Assembly: GCA_001179505.1 (NCBI GenBank) | Contig: CDMY01000684.1 | Location: forward strand, 1-31,050 | Direction: 5' to 3' | Length of the DNA stretch: 31,050 bases | Origin: Vitrella brassicaformis CCMP3155 | Taxonomy: Eukaryota; Protista; Chromerida | In this document: positions 9,721 through 22,267 of the stretch, piece after piece | Layout of the letters: each line of letters begins with the position of its first letter | Position numbering within the stretch: position 1 is the stretch's first letter | The notes under the pieces: generated by a model | The model's database searches: none | Seen by the model: the letters and a program-made list of their open reading frames with translations, nothing else | Told to the model about the DNA's origin: nothing | Program-made: the position numbers and the translations under genes

Positions 9721-10131
9721 CGCACCCATCCATCCATCAGCCCGTCGGCCCAGCAATGTGTGTGTGTGTGTGTGTGTGTGAGAGGTGTTGTGCCTGCCTG
9801 GCAGAATGCGAGGAGCATGAGTAGGAAGAAGCCGTGGAAGACCAAGAGGAGGGTGATGCCCCAGGCCGTCCTGAACCATTGAGGCATGATGCAAAACATA
9901 AACACGAAATACTCAAACACTGCACCAATGCAATGCAATCAATGCAAGGCACACACGCACACAGCAAACCCATACACACAGAGAGAGAGAGAGGGAGAGA
10001 TCATCATCATCGCCTCTGTCTGTTGCCTGTCTGTCTGTCATTCTGGTACTACCGATGAGTGCGACGACCATCATAATGAAATGGATCCCGCTCTTGCGGG
10101 AGGTCGTGTTGCATGGCCGTAACCGCTGCAT
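8317..10131 (-). CDS. DHHC-type protein S-acyltransferase (palmitoyltransferase), 284 aa, 9 exons
   Basis: complement(join(8317-8393, 8525-8588, 8667-8750, 8825-8899, 9097-9187, 9287-9409, 9539-9678, 9798-9919, 10053-10131)); all phases agree (855 nt). Motifs: [66 protein letters not shown], four TM segments. Confidence 0.96.
8921..9003 (+). repeat. Near-pure polypurine (GA/GGA) tract inside a DHHC intron
   Basis: About 80 nt of G/A only on the + strand, i.e. polypyrimidine in the pre-mRNA. Confidence 0.9.
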
Positions 10132-10446
10132 CTTCACAAACACGCCCAGCACACGGCACGGCCGAAGAGCCCGCCTCCGGGACCTGCCTCACGCCAAGAC
10201 TCCTGCAGAAGGCCGATCCTCCCCTCTAGCTGGCTGCAGGGCCCACGGCGGTGTTGCCCAGCTGCAGAAAGGGTTTTTTTTGCTCTCCTTTGTCTGGTGT
10301 CAGTTGCGAGCTGAAAGGCGATCTTGCAGAGAGAGACCGTGGAGGCGGGATCCTGAGAACGGCTGGACTCCCCGGCGAGCACTGGTACCGCCTCCTTGCA
10401 CCGAAACCATTGCAAGCTCGAGGAAACTCTTTCGACTGTCGGACAA
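10132..10446. promoter_or_regulatory. Putative bidirectional promoter (DHHC gene / 10447 gene)
   Basis: Only 315 bp separate the two divergent predicted ATGs. Microsatellite-free, with an internal T-tract near 10273-10290. Confidence 0.55.
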
Positions 10447-13400
10447 ATGGCTGTTGACGCCAAGCTGATGGAAATCTCGCTCGACGAGACCGTCAGCAGG
10501 TGGTGGAGGCTCGTGGCCACACCCGTGGACACCCACCACCAGGAGGAACACGAACACCACCCGGAGAAGGGCCCGCCCCACGTGTCGAAGCTCCATGTGG
10601 TCACCGGCAAGGGCAGGAGGGGCCGGGGCAGGTGGCGGCGGGAGGCCCTGTTCCACCGGGACTACATCGCCCTCAACGTGCGGCTGCAGAAATGCCTTGT
10701 CAGAGGTAGTGTGTGTGAGAAGCCGAGAGGGAGACGGCACGACCAACCTTGAACCATGGTGACGTACCTTGTGTTCAGATTTCGACCACGCGTCGGCAGT
10801 TCGGTCAGCCGAAGGCGACTGGGCCAACGAGGAGAACAAGGTCACCCTCCGCCGGCCGGGCGAGCCCGATGAGCAGGTGCTGTCGCGCGAGCACCTGGCG
10901 TCCTTTCTCTTCCGCCTCGGCCGCGTGTGGCTGCCTGGGAAGGAGAATGCGACTGCAGGCGAGCTGCTGCTGCTCATCAACGGGTGCTGGTTGGCATGCA
11001 CCACGGCGAGGGGGAGGGTCACGACGGGCTGGAGAGACATTGATGACATTCAGTGCATCGAGGTCAGTGAGGGTCACCCTCTCCGTCTGTGTGTTTCCGC
11101 GATTGATGCATTGCGGCCTCTCTGTGTGCCTCTCTGTGTGTGGGTGCAGCCAACTCTGGTGGATCTGGTGGAGTACCTGCCGGGTTCGTCCGAAGCTCCT
11201 CGTCGGTCGGCCACCTCGCCCTCCCTCTCCCTATCGGCGATGGGCCGCCAGTTCAGGTTCAACCGCCCCAAGTCCCCCGGCAACATCTACCTCTCACGCC
11301 GGCTCAGAGCCACAGGGCGCCTCAGCCCATCACCAGCCGCCTCACCACGCGAGCCGGAGAGAGACAGAGGAAGGAGGGATGGCAGGAGAGAGGAGAGGGC
11401 CGGGAGGAGCGGTCGGCTTGATGGAGTGCTCAGCGTGATACAGGGGTCCCTTCACGGGATGACGCAGGATGTCCGCGCACTGGAGCTCTTTGCCCCACTG
11501 ACGCCTGGCGAGACCCCGCCGGGTGGGGCAAGCACACACAGGGGCGGGCAGGCCCTGTCGGCCTCGCCATCGGCCATCGCGGCGAAGCTGTCCGTGGCGC
11601 CGGATGATCCTCGCTTCTATGGCATACAGAGGTGCGTTGGGGTGCACTGCAGGGCGTGATGTCTCCCTGTGTCTACGTGTGTGTGTTTGCTTCTGCAGAG
11701 ACATAGCTTTCCTTCACCGGATGGCTCAGCAGCAACAACAGCAGCAGCAGCTGAAGCTGCACAAGGGGGCGACCATGGGAGCCAAGGCCAAGACGCCGAC
11801 AAAGGAACAGACGGGGGAGCAGGAAAAGGACAATGAGAGAAAGGAGGTGGAGCGGGGCGAGATCGACATGGTGCAGGGTGTCCAGGGGGAGAGGATCGGC
11901 ATCATTGCCGTGCCTCTGGGATCACTCACACGCTCAGGTGGGCAGTACACACCTCGGTGGGTGGGGACACATACCAACACAACTTTCCCTCTTTTGTTTG
12001 TCTGCTCTGCTCACAGACGGCTGGCGCCACCGGACCAGACGGTGGGGCCTGACCAGCACAGCACCAGCAAAGACGCCATCACCAGCGCCACCAGCAACAT
12101 CATCAGCCGAGGAACAACCAGCAGCAGCCGACCACCAACTACAGCAGCAGCTTCCCGAGCGAATCAACATCTTCAGGCCGAAGCGGACCCCCCTGCCGCC
12201 TTTGCCCCTCTCAGCCCCGGCCCCATGTCTGCCGGCCGATGCACTGACGACTGACATGCTCTTTGTGGAGCCGCTCTCCCGATCAAAACGCGTTTCGCCT
12301 GGTGCGTTGCGTGTGTGACTGAGAAAGAAAGAGACACAGAGAGAGGGAAACAGCCGCCCTTTCTCCATCCATCGCTGGGTGTGGTGCCTGGCGTCGTGTT
12401 GTGTTGTGTTGTGTTGTGTGTGCAGGTAGGACCACTCCCGTGACGGTGCCCGTGTCGTCCAACGCCTCAGACGACAACCTGCCCTTCGGCAAGCAGCGCT
12501 CCCACGGTGCCCTCACAGAAGACCAGGGCAGCTCCGCCAGGGGCGACGATCTCATGCAGCAGCAGCAGCAGCCGGACAAACGCACACCAGCAGCAGCAGC
12601 ATCACCGAACGCACCCCCACACTTGGCAAAAGCCGCGGCAAGAAGAGCATCAAGAGCCACAGAGAAGGAGAGGAGCAGCGAGGCAATGCCGCTGGTGCCG
12701 GCACTGGCCTTACACGCAGCAGCGAAGGCGCAATGGCGGCTTGTGCTGTCTCAGCGGGGAAAGAGCTCTACCATGCTCTCCGCACGGGCAATGGGCCGGG
12801 ACCTGCCGCCAGTGAAGGGGCACCGGGCGGCTGCTGCTGGTGTTCCTGGTGTTCCTGGTGGTGCTGGAGCTTCGGTGGGGGCTAAGAGATGGGGTGTTCC
12901 TACGATGTCTAGGGAAGGATCGAGGAGCAGAGAGGGAGGAGAGCCTGACAGCAAGCTGCCGAAGACATACACCCTTGAGGTGAGCGAGCAGGCAGCCTAG
13001 CCAGACGGGAAATGAAAACATATAGGGGTCTGTGTCCACGATAACTAGCTAAACCTGTACACCACAGGGCCGTCCGGCGTCTCGGGACTACATACCGCCT
13101 TCCAAACCACCCCCACAGCCGCCAACAGCTCCACAGCCACCTACACCCCCGCCCCCACAGCCAGACGTCCCAATCCCGCCAGAAGGCCTTTTGATCGCGG
13201 CCAAGTCACCCCCCACACCACCACCATCACCACCACCAACACACACACCAGCAGCAGGGCAGCCCTTCCTTCCCCCTGTCAGCAGCAAACAGCCGTCTTC
13301 CGCCTCACCATCAGCGGCAGCTGCTGCTGCTGCTGCTGATGATGATGCTGAGGGTGAGTGGACGGCGCTGGCAGGTCTGTCGTCTGAGGTGACGATGAGC

Positions 13401-14789
13401 GAGCTGCCGAGTCGTGTGAGCGGTGTGTATGAGTGCCGGGTGGGCGGGGCGATGCGCGAGCGGGTCGAGGGGGTGAGGTCGGTGGTGAGACGGCGGGCGG
13501 AGGAGGAGCTGAGGAAACAGAGGCCGGCGTTTGATAAGGTAGGTAGGACTGTGTCTGATTGTGGTGGCACAGAGAGCGGAAATGCATATGTGTGGTGTGT
13601 GTGTTGGGGTTGGTTGTGCGCGTCAGAAGATGAGCAAGTTCCCTGCCTACATCCGGGACTCGCTAGAGGTGCCTCGCACAATCTGAACGTTCTCCATTCA
13701 CCTCATTGATTGTGCCTTGTGTGTGCTGTCGTGTGTGTGTGTGTGTGTGTGCCTGCCTGCAGAAGGCGCAGCACTCCCCCAACCATCCTCTATGGGGAGA
13801 GCTGACGCACCGCGTCAGGAAGGCACTCGCGTACGCCTAAACACGCACACACACACACACACACACACCCCGCGTCACCCGATGGATCACTCGCTGCCTG
13901 CATGGATCACCCGATGTCCATTTGTTTCTGCAGGAACGTTGCTCGCAAAAAGCAGAGAAAGAGACGCAGAAAGGTGCGGCGGGCAGACAGACATGGATGG
14001 ACTCATTCACGTGCACTGCACCACACACATGACATGGGCCCACGTCTGTGTCTCTCTTTGCCTCCCTCCCTCACCCTCTGTGTGTATGTGTGTGTGTGTG
14101 TGTGATGGTTGTCGGATGCACACCACAGAGGCGACGTTATCCGGCCGGCAAGCCAGTCTCGTCACACAGGAGAGTCTCAGGCAGACACGTCATCGAATTT
14201 CTTGGTAGGTCACGGTCACCCCCCCCACACACACGTGTCTGTCTGTCTGTCTGTCTGTGTGTCATGCATGTCTCCCTCCCTCTCTCCCCTCTCTCCACCA
14301 GATGCCAAGAAGGTGCTCGACGCGCTGCACACCGCATGGCAGATGACCCGGACGCCCCAGCAGCACCGTGCCACTGTGGACGAGACCCCCCCGCCACACA
14401 TGGCCCACCCAGGGGGCCTCGAGTTTATCCACAAGGCGCAGACAAACATCCGACGGAGGGAGAGGGCACAGATGGGATACAGCGAGACGGCCGTGAGGCG
14501 GCAGCGGGAGACCGTTATGGGCGGTGGTGGGGGTGATGATATGGACGTGCTGAGGCGGGCTGTGATGGAAGAGATTAAGGTACGTGGGTGGGCCAGTGGG
14601 GCGAGAGTGAGTGGATTGATGGGGTCAGAGATGGCCGATGGATGGATGGATGTGCGTGTGTTGGGTGTGTGTGTGTCGTGTCGGATATAGGCTGTGGTGG
14701 CGTCTGACCCGGCTCTCTTGTCGCGGGTGGGCGAGCTGCACTTCTTCGGCGGCAACCTGGCGCAGAGGTTCCAGCACTACCACACCTGA
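10447..14789 (+). CDS. Hypothetical protein, about 1058 aa, 13 exons; folded N-terminal module, long low-complexity middle, basic helical C-terminus
   Basis: join(10447-10705, 10779-11062, 11150-11631, 11699-11937, 12017-12301, 12426-12979, 13068-13538, 13627-13668, 13763-13830, 13934-13973, 14129-14204, 14302-14579, 14691-14789). All GT-AG, all phases consistent (3177 nt). The start codon is inferred. Confidence 0.8.
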
Positions 14790-14843
14790 GGTGACTGAAG
14801 CACTGACTGAAGCTGGCTTTGCCATTAGTTGCTCGCTGTGTGT

Positions 14844-14870
14844 GGGTGGGTGGGTGGGTGGGTGGGTGGG
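14844..14870 (+). repeat. (GGGT)n with seven GGG tracts, G-quadruplex-capable, in the presumptive 3' UTR
   Basis: Direct reading; 55 nt downstream of the TGA at 14789. Confidence 0.85.
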
Positions 14871-16456
14871 CTGCTCGCTGTGTGTTGTGCTGCTTATTGC
14901 TTGATCGATCCATTGGTTCATCCGCTCAGCTGCTCAGGTATTCAGTCTGTCTCGTGGATGCTATGCTTCCTTCCATGCGCAGTCTACTCAGCCGGACACA
15001 CGACAGACAGACAGACAGACGGACAGACGTGCTACATAAAAGGGCTCGTTCCGGTATACACAGACAATTACAGACATGGCAGCTCAGCTAGCTAGAGATC
15101 GATGGTGCCAGCCAGTCAGCGCACAACAACAAAACAGAACACACAAAACGAGCGACGGTCGATCCACCCTTCTCTCCCTCCCTCTCTCTCTCTGTGTGTG
15201 TGTGGGTGGGTGTGTGGGTGTGTCGTTCTCTGCTTGTGGTGTGCGGCGTGACGACATGGGTTCACGCGACAGGTGGTCATCCGTCGCGCAAAATCGTGTC
15301 ATCACGTCGCACCAAAACAGAGAAGGACAGTGACACAGACACACACCACAGATAGATAAGATGGTGATAGATATCGGAGGCAGGCATGGTCTATCACACC
15401 CAAATACATAGCAGCGAATGAGCGAGCATTCACCCAGACGACCATCCAGCCCTCCAGCCAGGCAGCCAGGCTAGCTACTGCTACATTCATGTCTTCTCCC
15501 TCCCTCCCTCCCGGTGTCTTGCCGTCTCACGCGAGTGTCTCGCTGCGCGACAACGTCGACAACCGGTTGGCCCCTGTGGTGGAAAGACCAGCATGGATCC
15601 GACCCGCCCACGCAACGGCACTCGCGCGAACCGGTCAAGACGCCACCGCGCAGCCAACACATGACGAGCTAGATGTGCGATCCCTCCCTCCCTCCCTCCC
15701 TCCCGCCCTGTCTATCTGTCTATGCATCCGTCCGTCCACCAGTACCAGGCAATGCAGGCAGGCAGACATAGGCGAGCTCTCTGCAGGAGGCTGTTGTGTG
15801 TCGTACCTACCGTACCCATTGCAAGCAAGGCAGGCACACACGAACACACACAAGAAGACACGCAGGCAGGCAGGCAGCAGGCCAAAAACGGGTTGTGATT
15901 CGGGTGGGTGCGTGGGGTGGGCGGATGGATGGATGGTTGGTGTTGCTATCTGTCTGTCTGTCTGTCTGTCTACCTGCTCTGTCTGGTGTGGCACTCACTG
16001 TGAGGATCCGGACGCATGGACTCTGTCACGTCACGTCACGTGTGTGTCCGCAACCGAGTCTGAACGCCCCCACACCTTCGACCGACACAGACGCCGCAGA
16101 CGCGATGAACGGACACAGAGGAGAAGAGTGAATGAGAGTGGGAGTGAGAGGGAGAGTGAGAGTGAAAGAGTGTCACCAACACATACACACACACACGGGT
16201 GCACACACGCAACGCAACACGTCGCTTAAAAGGCAGGTAGCTAAGCAGGAAGACCGAACAGCCAGCCAGCCACACAGCTACACCCACAGCCAGCCAGCCA
16301 GCCAGCCAGCCACTCACCGCTGCGGCTTCAATGCACTCCCTCACTGCCTACACACCCGCACCGCAGCCACCCGGCGGCCCCCTTGACACACACCCACCCA
16401 CAGAGACACACCCACAGACACACACTTCCACACACACAGCCGTCGCTACAGTCTAT

Positions 16457-17472
16457 CTATCCGCCCTGGGGGTTCTCCGCCTGCTGCGCCGACTGCTGCT
16501 CCTGCTGCATCCTTGCCGTCTCTTGGTCGAGCAGCTGCTGCAGCCGCTCCACGCTGTTCTGCAGTTCGGGGAAGAGCTCGAAGCATTGGTTTCTGATGGA
16601 TGAAGGCATTGAGCCGTTGCGCAGGCCCACGGCCATGGGCGCCCGCTCCAGCATCCGCCGCAGCGTGCTGCGGCGTTGCTGCTCCACCATCCAGGCTGGG
16701 GTGTTCATGTGGGCACCACGTCCGGCTCCGGACCCTGTTGATTGCCACACGCACACACACACACACACACACAGAGAGAGAGCGAGCGAGAGGGAGAGAG
16801 ATGGTTTCGCCTTTTCTCTCTGGTCGTGTGTGTGTGTGTCTGAGTGTGTGCTGTGACTTTGTGTGCTAACCACCTGTGGGCTGTGAATTGTTGTTATTGT
16901 TGTTGTTGTTTGGTGTGTTGTTCATGTCTATGCCCCTGCCGCGGCCAAGGGGTGGCCGCGGCACCCCTCCCCCGCCCCCGCCGCCACCAGCGGCGTTGTG
17001 CTGCGTGATGCCAAAGGACGCAGAACTGCCACCAGCAGCAGCGGCAGCAGCGGGCCCCCGCTGCACGCCACCGCCACCCTGTGGCTGCTTGGGCTTGGCT
17101 GTGGGCTGCGTCGGGGGGGATGGTGATCGCCCGTTGGTGTTGTTGCCTCCGGCGTTGGTGTTGTTGCCACCAGAAGGGATGTGGGCCTGCTGGAAGGGCT
17201 GCATCCTTATGGGCGGGGGTGGGGGATGGGCCTGGATGGTCGGCCCTGCTGCGGGTGCGGGTGTAGGTGCGGGTGTGGGTGTGGGCTGGACGTGGACGGG
17301 AGCCGCACGCTGCTGCTGCTGCTGCTGTTGGTGTTGGTGTGTCTGGGGTGGTGGCCCCTGCTGCTGGACGTCGCCAAGAGCACGCGAGAAGGTCCCGCCC
17401 CCGCCCGCCACACGGGGAGGGTCCCTAGCTGCACGTGATGAAGGCGCCTGAACACACACACACACGCACACG

Positions 17473-17512
<40 letters not shown>

Positions 17513-19420
17513 AAAGGGGCTCGAACGTTGATGTCGTGGCGACCGTTCCCTCCCTCTCGCTGTCTATCTCTCTCAGGCTCTGTTTGTGGATGCGCACCGC
17601 ACCTGGTTGAGGAGGTCGCCATGCTGGTTGTTGTGTTGGTTGCGGTAGCTATTGTGGTGGTTGTCCCTACCACCCCTATCGCCCCCGCCGCCCCGCCCGT
17701 TGGTGGCATACCCATGACCCTCCCCATCCATCCCGATGTCCTCGCGCACAGCCCCCAAATCCCTTTCCCTCTCCCTCTCCCTCTCTGAGTGTGAGATGCT
17801 GGTTAGGTACCCCTGGCGGCCACCCATCTCGGGCCGACCCACACCAGCACCACCACCCAACCGCCCGTTCCCCTCCTCCACCCTCTCACGCGCTGCGCGC
17901 CCGCCGCCGCCGTTGCCGCCATTGCCGTAGCCGTCCTCCACATCGCCACGACGATACAACGCGGTGCCACGGTCGTCACGTCGCTCTTGTCGGTCGTCGT
18001 GGCGGCGGCTGGCATTGGCCATGCCATCGTCTCGGCGGTCGGGGCGGAGGCGGTTTGGGCGGTTGTGGCGGTTGTGGGGGTCAGTCTCGAGCTCGTCATC
18101 GGAGTGGGCGTGGTGCTGCTGACGGGGGGGCCCGTTGTCATCGGCACGGCGGTTTTCCTCGGCACGGCGATCTGAGAGAAGAAGAAGAAGAAGACGCGGG
18201 ATAAGGAGTGTGCATCAGGTGTGGGCAAATGTGTGTGCGTGTGTGCTGCCCACCGGCGAATGTGGTGCGTGGGATGCGGTAGCGCGGTCCGATTTGATAT
18301 TGCATGTCAGTCAGAAACTCACCTGACAACACACAATAACGGCCACAACACACCACACCACAGCACACCACACCACACCACACCAGATACACTCACTACC
18401 CAGGACGGCATCTGCTTCCTCCCTCCCTCCCTCCCTCCCTCCCTCTCTCCGCCACTTAGTTAACTTACCGAACCAATCCTGCCACTTTGCCAGGCACTCT
18501 ATCTGCGCATTTGACGCCGTCGAACTGGGGTTGTCCTCGCCGCCAACGATCATGTCGGGCAGCACGTCGAGGATGACCGACGAGATGCCGATGAGCAGCT
18601 GCCCCTCGTAGTGGCCGAAGTCGCCGATGTCCGGGCAGTTCTCTGCCCACTTCCTAATGTGGTTCATCAGCAGAATGCACTCCTTGCAGTCCTGCCGGTT
18701 CAGCTTGAAGGCACGCGTCAGCCGGTCGTCGTCACGGCGTGAGCTGTGGTTGTGGTTGTGGTTTTGGTTGTGGTTGCCGCGTCCGTTGTCCTCGGCGACG
18801 GCCGAGATGGGCGGGCCGAAGTCGCGGGGGCGGTTGATGCTCTCGCGCATGTTGGCTGCCGTTGTGCGCCGGTCGGGGTCTGGGCGGTTGTGGTGGTGGC
18901 TGCGCATGGGTGTCTCGGGCATGGTGTCGCGCTCGAGCTCGGGGTCGACTGACATTCAGATGAATGCGCACACACAGCGAGACATTCAGGGAGTGGAGTG
19001 GGGTATGTGTTGAGGTGCGCATGTGTGTGTGTGGGGTCTCACGTGGGTGTCGCGAGTCAAGGTCACGGTGGGCTTGGTACTGACGCTCTCGCGGTCGGTC
19101 TCGCTCGTCGTCCAAGTCAGAACGCCCCCCTGCACAGACCACACACGCGCGCACACACACACACATGCATGCCTTTCAACACATGCACCAGCTGAATACC
19201 GATGAGGAAACCTTCCCCGGCCTCTCTGTCCGTCGCCTTGTCCCTCCCCTCGCTCACCTCTGCGCCCGCCGCCCTCCCGCCTGTCCTCCCAGCCCCCGAC
19301 CGCATAGCCGTTCTCCACACCGCCTGCGTGATCTACAGCTACATCGTCGCCGCGGTGGCGTGTGTGCCGGGCATGGGCGGGTGCATCGGACCGCGAGTCG
19401 TCGTAGTAGGAGCTATGCAT
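16457..19420 (-). CDS. Hypothetical protein, about 746-762 aa, 7-8 exons; R/D/H/G/N/Q-rich disorder around a small helical domain
   Basis: complement(join(16457-16734, 16874-17447, 17603-17762, 17811-18171, 18254-18322, 18469-18948, 19043-19129, 19189-19420)). Phases are consistent; the 48-nt intron 17763-17810 is uncertain. Folded part: RLTRAFKLNRQDCKECILLMNHIRKWAENCPDIG...AQIECLAKWQDWFGEFLTDMQYQIG. Confidence 0.75.
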
Positions 19421-20533
19421 CGTTTGTGTCGGTCGTGTCGGTGGCCGATGGATGGCAGGTCGCCAAGGGACACACACCAAGAGGAGATCTATGACGGACG
19501 GACAAAGGGAGAAGGATGGAATGGACGCTGAGAGAGTGTGCGGCTCCCTCAACTCAGCGAGAAACTCCAGAAACACACAACAGCAGCAGCGGTTTCAGGG
19601 AGCACCAAGAAGTGCGAGCTGCATCGATTTGGGCCGAGAGAGGGGTTGGACAGGCCAGGCTGCTGCTCAGCTCACGTGGACGGCAGGCACTTGAGTCAGT
19701 GCATGCACAGGGATGCAGGTCCCACACGCACATGTATGTATCACCCACATGCAGTCAGTCCAAGCGACAGACAGACAATACAGACAGACAGACAGACAGA
19801 CAGACAGCACACTCACCCACCCACACCACACCCACCGCATTCCTCCCCACTCAGTCATGACATGTCCATCCGTCCTGGGCAGCCAGGAAGGAATGAAACA
19901 GTCGCGTCGCTGGGGGGAATCTCTGCCTGCATGCCTGCCTGCATGCCTGTCTGTCTGTCTGTCTGTGTCGGCTGATGAGTGAATGGGGCGGACAGGCACG
20001 CGCCCATCCATTCACTCACCCGTCGACACATGTAGCCACACAGACGTGGACGCAGCCACATGGCGCGACACGTTGTGTGAGTGGAGAAGCAAGGAAAGAG
20101 GGAGGAGGGAGGCCTGGCCTGGTCTGGCTAGGGGGCGATGATAAGAGGACAAAACGGTTGGCATATGGGGAAAGTGAAGTGGCTGTGTGTACCTTTGTGA
20201 TGTGATAAGTGACCAAGGGATGGTGACAGACAGAGGTACGTACGTCGGCAACGGGCAGGCTTCTGCTAGAGCTATCTATCTTACACTCATCATTACTTTC
20301 CTGCACCCCTCCTCCCTCCGCTTACGCATCCATCCACACACACACACACACATGTGGGTGACCCTATCTATCTCTCTGTGTGGGTCAGTCAGTAAATGGT
20401 GATCCCCCCCGCTATCATATCGCCCTCTATCTATCTGTGTCTCTCTCCCTCCCTCCCTCCCTCCCAGTAATTGCGTATCTATCGGTCGCTCGTCGGTCGG
20501 TCGGTCGGTCGGTCGGTCGGTAGATCAGATCAG

Positions 20534-22192
20534 TCAGTAGCCCAGCACAAATGAGGCCACCACCTGTTCCGGCAGCCCTCGCATATAGCGAATGAACCAA
20601 TGCTCCTCCTCCTGCTCATCGGTCGCCGCCCCCGATCCGCCTTGCTCCTTGTCCACCACACACCACCCTCCGCCTCCCACACAAGCGGCCACCATGGCCG
20701 CACTGCCTCCCTGCTGCTTCTCGGGTGCATTGGGTGCATTGGTACGATCCATCTCCTCCTCGCCATTGGTGTCCTCCCCGTGTCCGCCCTGCATCCCATC
20801 GGCATCGACATCTTTCCCCACCACCACGGCCGCCTTGCCCGATGAGCTCGCCGACGTCGTCAACAGACCCCTGAGCACACCCGTCTCCTTCGTGGCCGGC
20901 GCCTCGTGCATGTGATTGTGGTCAACGACGCATGGCGGCGGGGGTGCGGGTATCATCAGCGGAGCATCTTTCAGCGAGACAGGCTCTCGGCAAGCCTCTC
21001 GGTCCACAGGCGGCGAAGAGCGCCGCGCCATTGGACCGACAGGCTGGACGGGGGAGTTGTTGTGGCTCTTTCTCTGTGGGCTTCTGCTGTGGATGGGAGT
21101 GGGGGTGTGGGGCCGCGAGTAGACAACGGGAGGGCGGGGAGCGGCCTGAGAGGATGACGGGCGGTGGGAGGGTCGGAAGTGCGGCTCACCGGCATAGGCA
21201 CCTCCGGCTCTCTGGTTTTCGAGCTGCTGAAACAGCTGAGGACACACACGCACACACACACACACACGCAGAGAGAGAGAGAGGGAGAGAGAGGGGACGG
21301 ATGAAAGACGGCCGAGGGATGCGTGTGATGGTGTGTCGTGTTGTGGTTCCTACCTACCTTTTCGACAACCTTCATGCCCTCTCTCCTGATGGAATCGTCC
21401 ATCAGAGGCATGGCCAGGGGACGGCCGTGGGCAGGAGCGCTCTCATCGCCAACGCTGCTGAACACACAACACACAACAGGACGACAGACAGACAACACCC
21501 GAGTGGACCCACAGAACAACCAACCAGAATCTGAGCTCTCTGTGTCTGGCTCACCTCATATCATCGAGCGTCCGCACCTCTCCCTCTCCCTCTCCCTTGC
21601 CCCTCTCCTGCCTCACATCATCCACCATCCGCTCAAACAGCGCCCTCTCGGCAGCAATCGACCCCCTACCCAGCACCTCACGCTGCTCCAGCCAGTACTC
21701 CAGCCACCGCACACACAGACGCTCCCTCGTCCTCGGCCGCATCCGCCGCAGATACGAGTGCATCACCGAGTCCCCCCTGTCAGTCCACACGTGCTTGCGC
21801 ACCTCGGCCTCCCTCTCGGCCCGGTAAACCAGCTCCCGCTGCTTCCTCAGGTAACATGCGTGTTCCTCTGGGGTGCGGGGGACGGTCTTGAGCAGATTGG
21901 TCGACGTGAGCCGGGTGCTGCAGCTCGGGAGCGGCGGCACCGACTGGCCACATTTTGAGTTCGCGACCGTCACGGCAAAATGGCGGCTGCCGGGGCTGGT
22001 TCTGCCATTGCCCTTGCTGCCTGTCGTCCTCTCGAACTGCCGCCGTTTCTCCTGCACTGCCGAAATGTCCCGCAAGGCTGCCACCTCTTCACGCGCTGTC
22101 GAATGGGAATTCGCAGAGAGCTTCTTGGGGGAGTGCAGGCGCGAAGAGCGGCCTGCTGCCTTCATGCTGACCACCTCCGGCTGCATGCGCAT
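20534..22192 (-). CDS. Hypothetical protein, about 479 aa, 3 exons, charged helical/coiled-coil core
   Basis: complement(join(20534-21235, 21358-21457, 21555-22192)); phases consistent (1440 nt). Core YLRKQRELVYRAEREAEVRK...WLEYWLEQRE. Start uncertain. Confidence 0.72.
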
Positions 22193-22267
22193 GCACCTCT
22201 GGCGGTGCGCAGGTGAACAGACGGTGTACTGTAAGCGAAGGCCACTGCTGAAGTGGCACTGCCCGAT

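Noticed and set aside
10590-10625. LHVVTGKG resembling the Smr nuclease motif
   Set aside because: There is no upstream LDLHG strand; the motif sits in a His/Arg-rich insertion of a different module.
15300-16400. 246-aa ORF 15489-16229 and neighbouring ORFs
   Set aside because: The translation runs through CCTC, GGAT, GTCT and GA microsatellites with no coherent exon model; this is convergent intergenic or 3' UTR sequence.
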